From NCBI GenBank assembly GCA_043228905.1, contig JBHGNT010000003.1, forward strand, positions 18,290,001 to 18,354,000: a DNA stretch of 64,000 nucleotides. The letters run 5' to 3'. The position numbers and the translations under genes were made by a program. Positions 61,903 through 64,000 of the stretch are shown here, one piece after another. The stretch is from Azolla caroliniana. Its lineage: Eukaryota > Plantae > Polypodiophyta. Within the stretch, counting starts at the first letter, position 1; every line of letters starts with the position of its first letter. Under the pieces are notes generated by a model, which saw nothing but the letters and a program-made list of their open reading frames with translations, searched no databases and was not told the DNA's origin.

Positions 61903-64000
61903 ACACCGGGACATTTGAAACAGGTAATATGTCGCATTTTAAGAACTATCCGTCAAAAAAAGACACAAAATAGGTCGATTGACAAAAAGGGGTGCCGCAT
62001 GCGTAAAGGATTTTCAAAAATGACCCAAAAATATATTGATTTTAAGCATGTCCAAAATTGTAGCTCTTTCAAAAAATGCCTAAATAATAGACATGCCAAA
62101 CTTACAAAAGAATGTACAAAATGACTACCACCTATATTTATACATATTCGTTAACTGACATTTTGATGTACAATTCAATATCTACAGATCAGGTGTCAAA
62201 CTATCGCTTTCCAAGTCTATGCCATCATTTTTAGACCCATCCGATGAACTAGAAGAGCTTTGTGAGGTATCATCCTCATCATCACTGGCAACCAATGCAT
62301 TGTCTTCATCCAATTGCAATCCAACATCACCATGGTTATGAGACATGCTTCTTGTTTGTCTTTCTGTAGTGGTTGGAGCCGCATTTGGGATCTTCTCTTT
62401 TAATATCTTGATTGTGGTTTGTCTTAGATGGCCTGTTTGGTCAAGGAGAAGTCATACACTAGTATGTCAACATTATCCAATGTAAGAACAGACGTGCTTG
62501 GTAGATTCTTTCTTCTTCGCTTTCTACTTGTGCCTTCAACATCCTTAACCATCTCTAAAGAGTACTTTCCAGTGAATGGATTTGGTGAAGAGGTGTGATA
62601 CCAATGAACCACAATGAACTTAACTTGATTGCCTGATTCATCCTTCATTATATCCAAAATTTTAACAATCCAAAATGGATGGCCCAACTCATCATCCCCA
62701 GCTAATGTTGCAACTAACATCCCAACTTGTAGTTCATGCAAATTGCCTTGCCATCTTGCCTCTGCAGTACGCGATATTCTTGGTCCCACATAAATATCTC
62801 TCTGTCGTGGGCGAACTAGATTATTGAGTTCAACATTACCAATTAATTGATGGTTAGCAGGTGAAACTATTGACAGCATACCAATGTTCCATGTGAAAGC
62901 ATTTTGGATTGGCCATACTCCGGCAATGTAGTTGTTTAAAATTGTATGTTGATGGTTAAAGAAGGTATCCCACCATTGAACATCTTGATCACCAGCATAC
63001 TTCTTGGTGCGCTCAATATTTCTTTGTTTCTCTTCAAGGCATCGCATCCAATATATCTTTTTCTCATCAATTGAGTTGCTATGAACCATTTTTTTATGGT
63101 CATCATACGGCATTTGTTCTGCACCATGGATTTCTGTATTTGGAAAATAAAGTAAGAACCTACAACCCTCTTGTGGCTCCCATTGTGAACTAGATGAGTA
63201 TTGTTTTGCATACAACATCGTCGTGTTGTGGCTCATATCACTTCGTTTTATGAGGAAGACATGGTTAAAACTTATATTATTCAGAGGTGCAAGAACCCTA
63301 CCTTGAGCCCCATCACCATCCATGCAGAAGCGTTTAAAATCATACACTTCATTCAACTGATGTACTTCGGGCTTCGGGGTATAAGCTTCACTGATCAACA
63401 TTGTTAGCGTAGGAAGCGTGAAAGCATCACATCGTGCTAATTTCTTTGAGAACCTACTAAACATTTGATCTATATGATCATGGGTATGACCAACTAGTAA
63501 GAAGTTAACCTTAATCTTCTTAAATAAACCCTTCTCTACTAGCATGCTTAAGTAACCGAAAACAGTTGAGTTTTTGTTTTCTCTAGCTGTATTGTCAAGT
63601 TGCACGTATAGAACAGGCGAGAGTATACCTGGCCAAGACTGCAACACTCTTTGCATGACTGTAACTGTAAGATTAGGGTTGTTGTGGATATTAGGATAAG
63701 TTAAGAATACTTGAGGCCTTATTGTCTGACAATATGACAAGCAACCTACTAAATGCATTTGTACAAGGCATTCATCTCCAATATCCTTTGGCAACCTTTG
63801 AAAGTGTGGCAAACAAGTCTTCTTCTGATCCATGCCATCAATAATCATACACATATACCTTTCAGGTGATTGGAGAGCTTTTCGTCGGTGGTGCATAGCT
63901 TTAGAACGTTCCAATCTTGACTCTCACGGTGTTCTTTCAATAGATTCTTGTAATTCTTTATTTCATCATCTGATTTCCCACCCTTTGCCATACTCTTTAA
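61903..64000 (-). mobile_element. DNA transposon with a Sola-like DDD transposase, inserted in the copia LTR; continues beyond right edge
   Basis: Sharp break from LTR homology after GTTCATATAA; new sequence begins (A)CACCGGGAC; contains the transposase ORF. Confidence 0.7.
62182..64000 (-). pseudogene. Sola-like (DUF7869-like) DDD transposase; 496-aa open core 62424-63914 with frameshifts on either side
   Basis: IIDGMDQKK..LP; LYVQLDNTARENKN; FLLVGHTHDHIDQMFS. A 1-nt frameshift near 62437 would extend it (LTKTGHLRQTTIKILKEK...acidic/Ser tail) to TAG at 62184-62182. Confidence 0.78.

Overview
Eukaryotic, repeat-dense land-plant DNA. A fern or other non-seed plant is inferred from the PLS-PPR style, the Phygy-like gypsy and the Sola-like transposase. 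About 80% of the window is nested, mostly decayed transposons. These are Ty1/copia elements (several Tork/Tto1-like copies, one with a gag-pol open to the left edge), two L1-type LINEs, a chromodomain gypsy, a tRNA-Trp-primed Phygy-like gypsy with an Athila-like element inside it, and a Sola-like DDD transposon at the right edge. Host-derived sequence is limited to a degraded PLS-class PPR pseudogene (~4.95-6.55 kb), a TSD-flanked U6 snRNA retrocopy (32.64-32.71 kb) and a probable first coding exon at 33.63 kb whose intron may hold the whole downstream TE nest. The most unusual signal is in the Phygy-like LTR family (TGT(C/T)GTG...TCACGACA termini). These LTRs carry divergent tRNA-like Pol III modules on both sides of a CATGCA-rich, TATA-containing promoter. 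In most modules the A and B boxes are 43-44 nt apart, and stems still pair between sequence-divergent copies. Coordinates were read by eye; family assignments come from motifs, not database searches.
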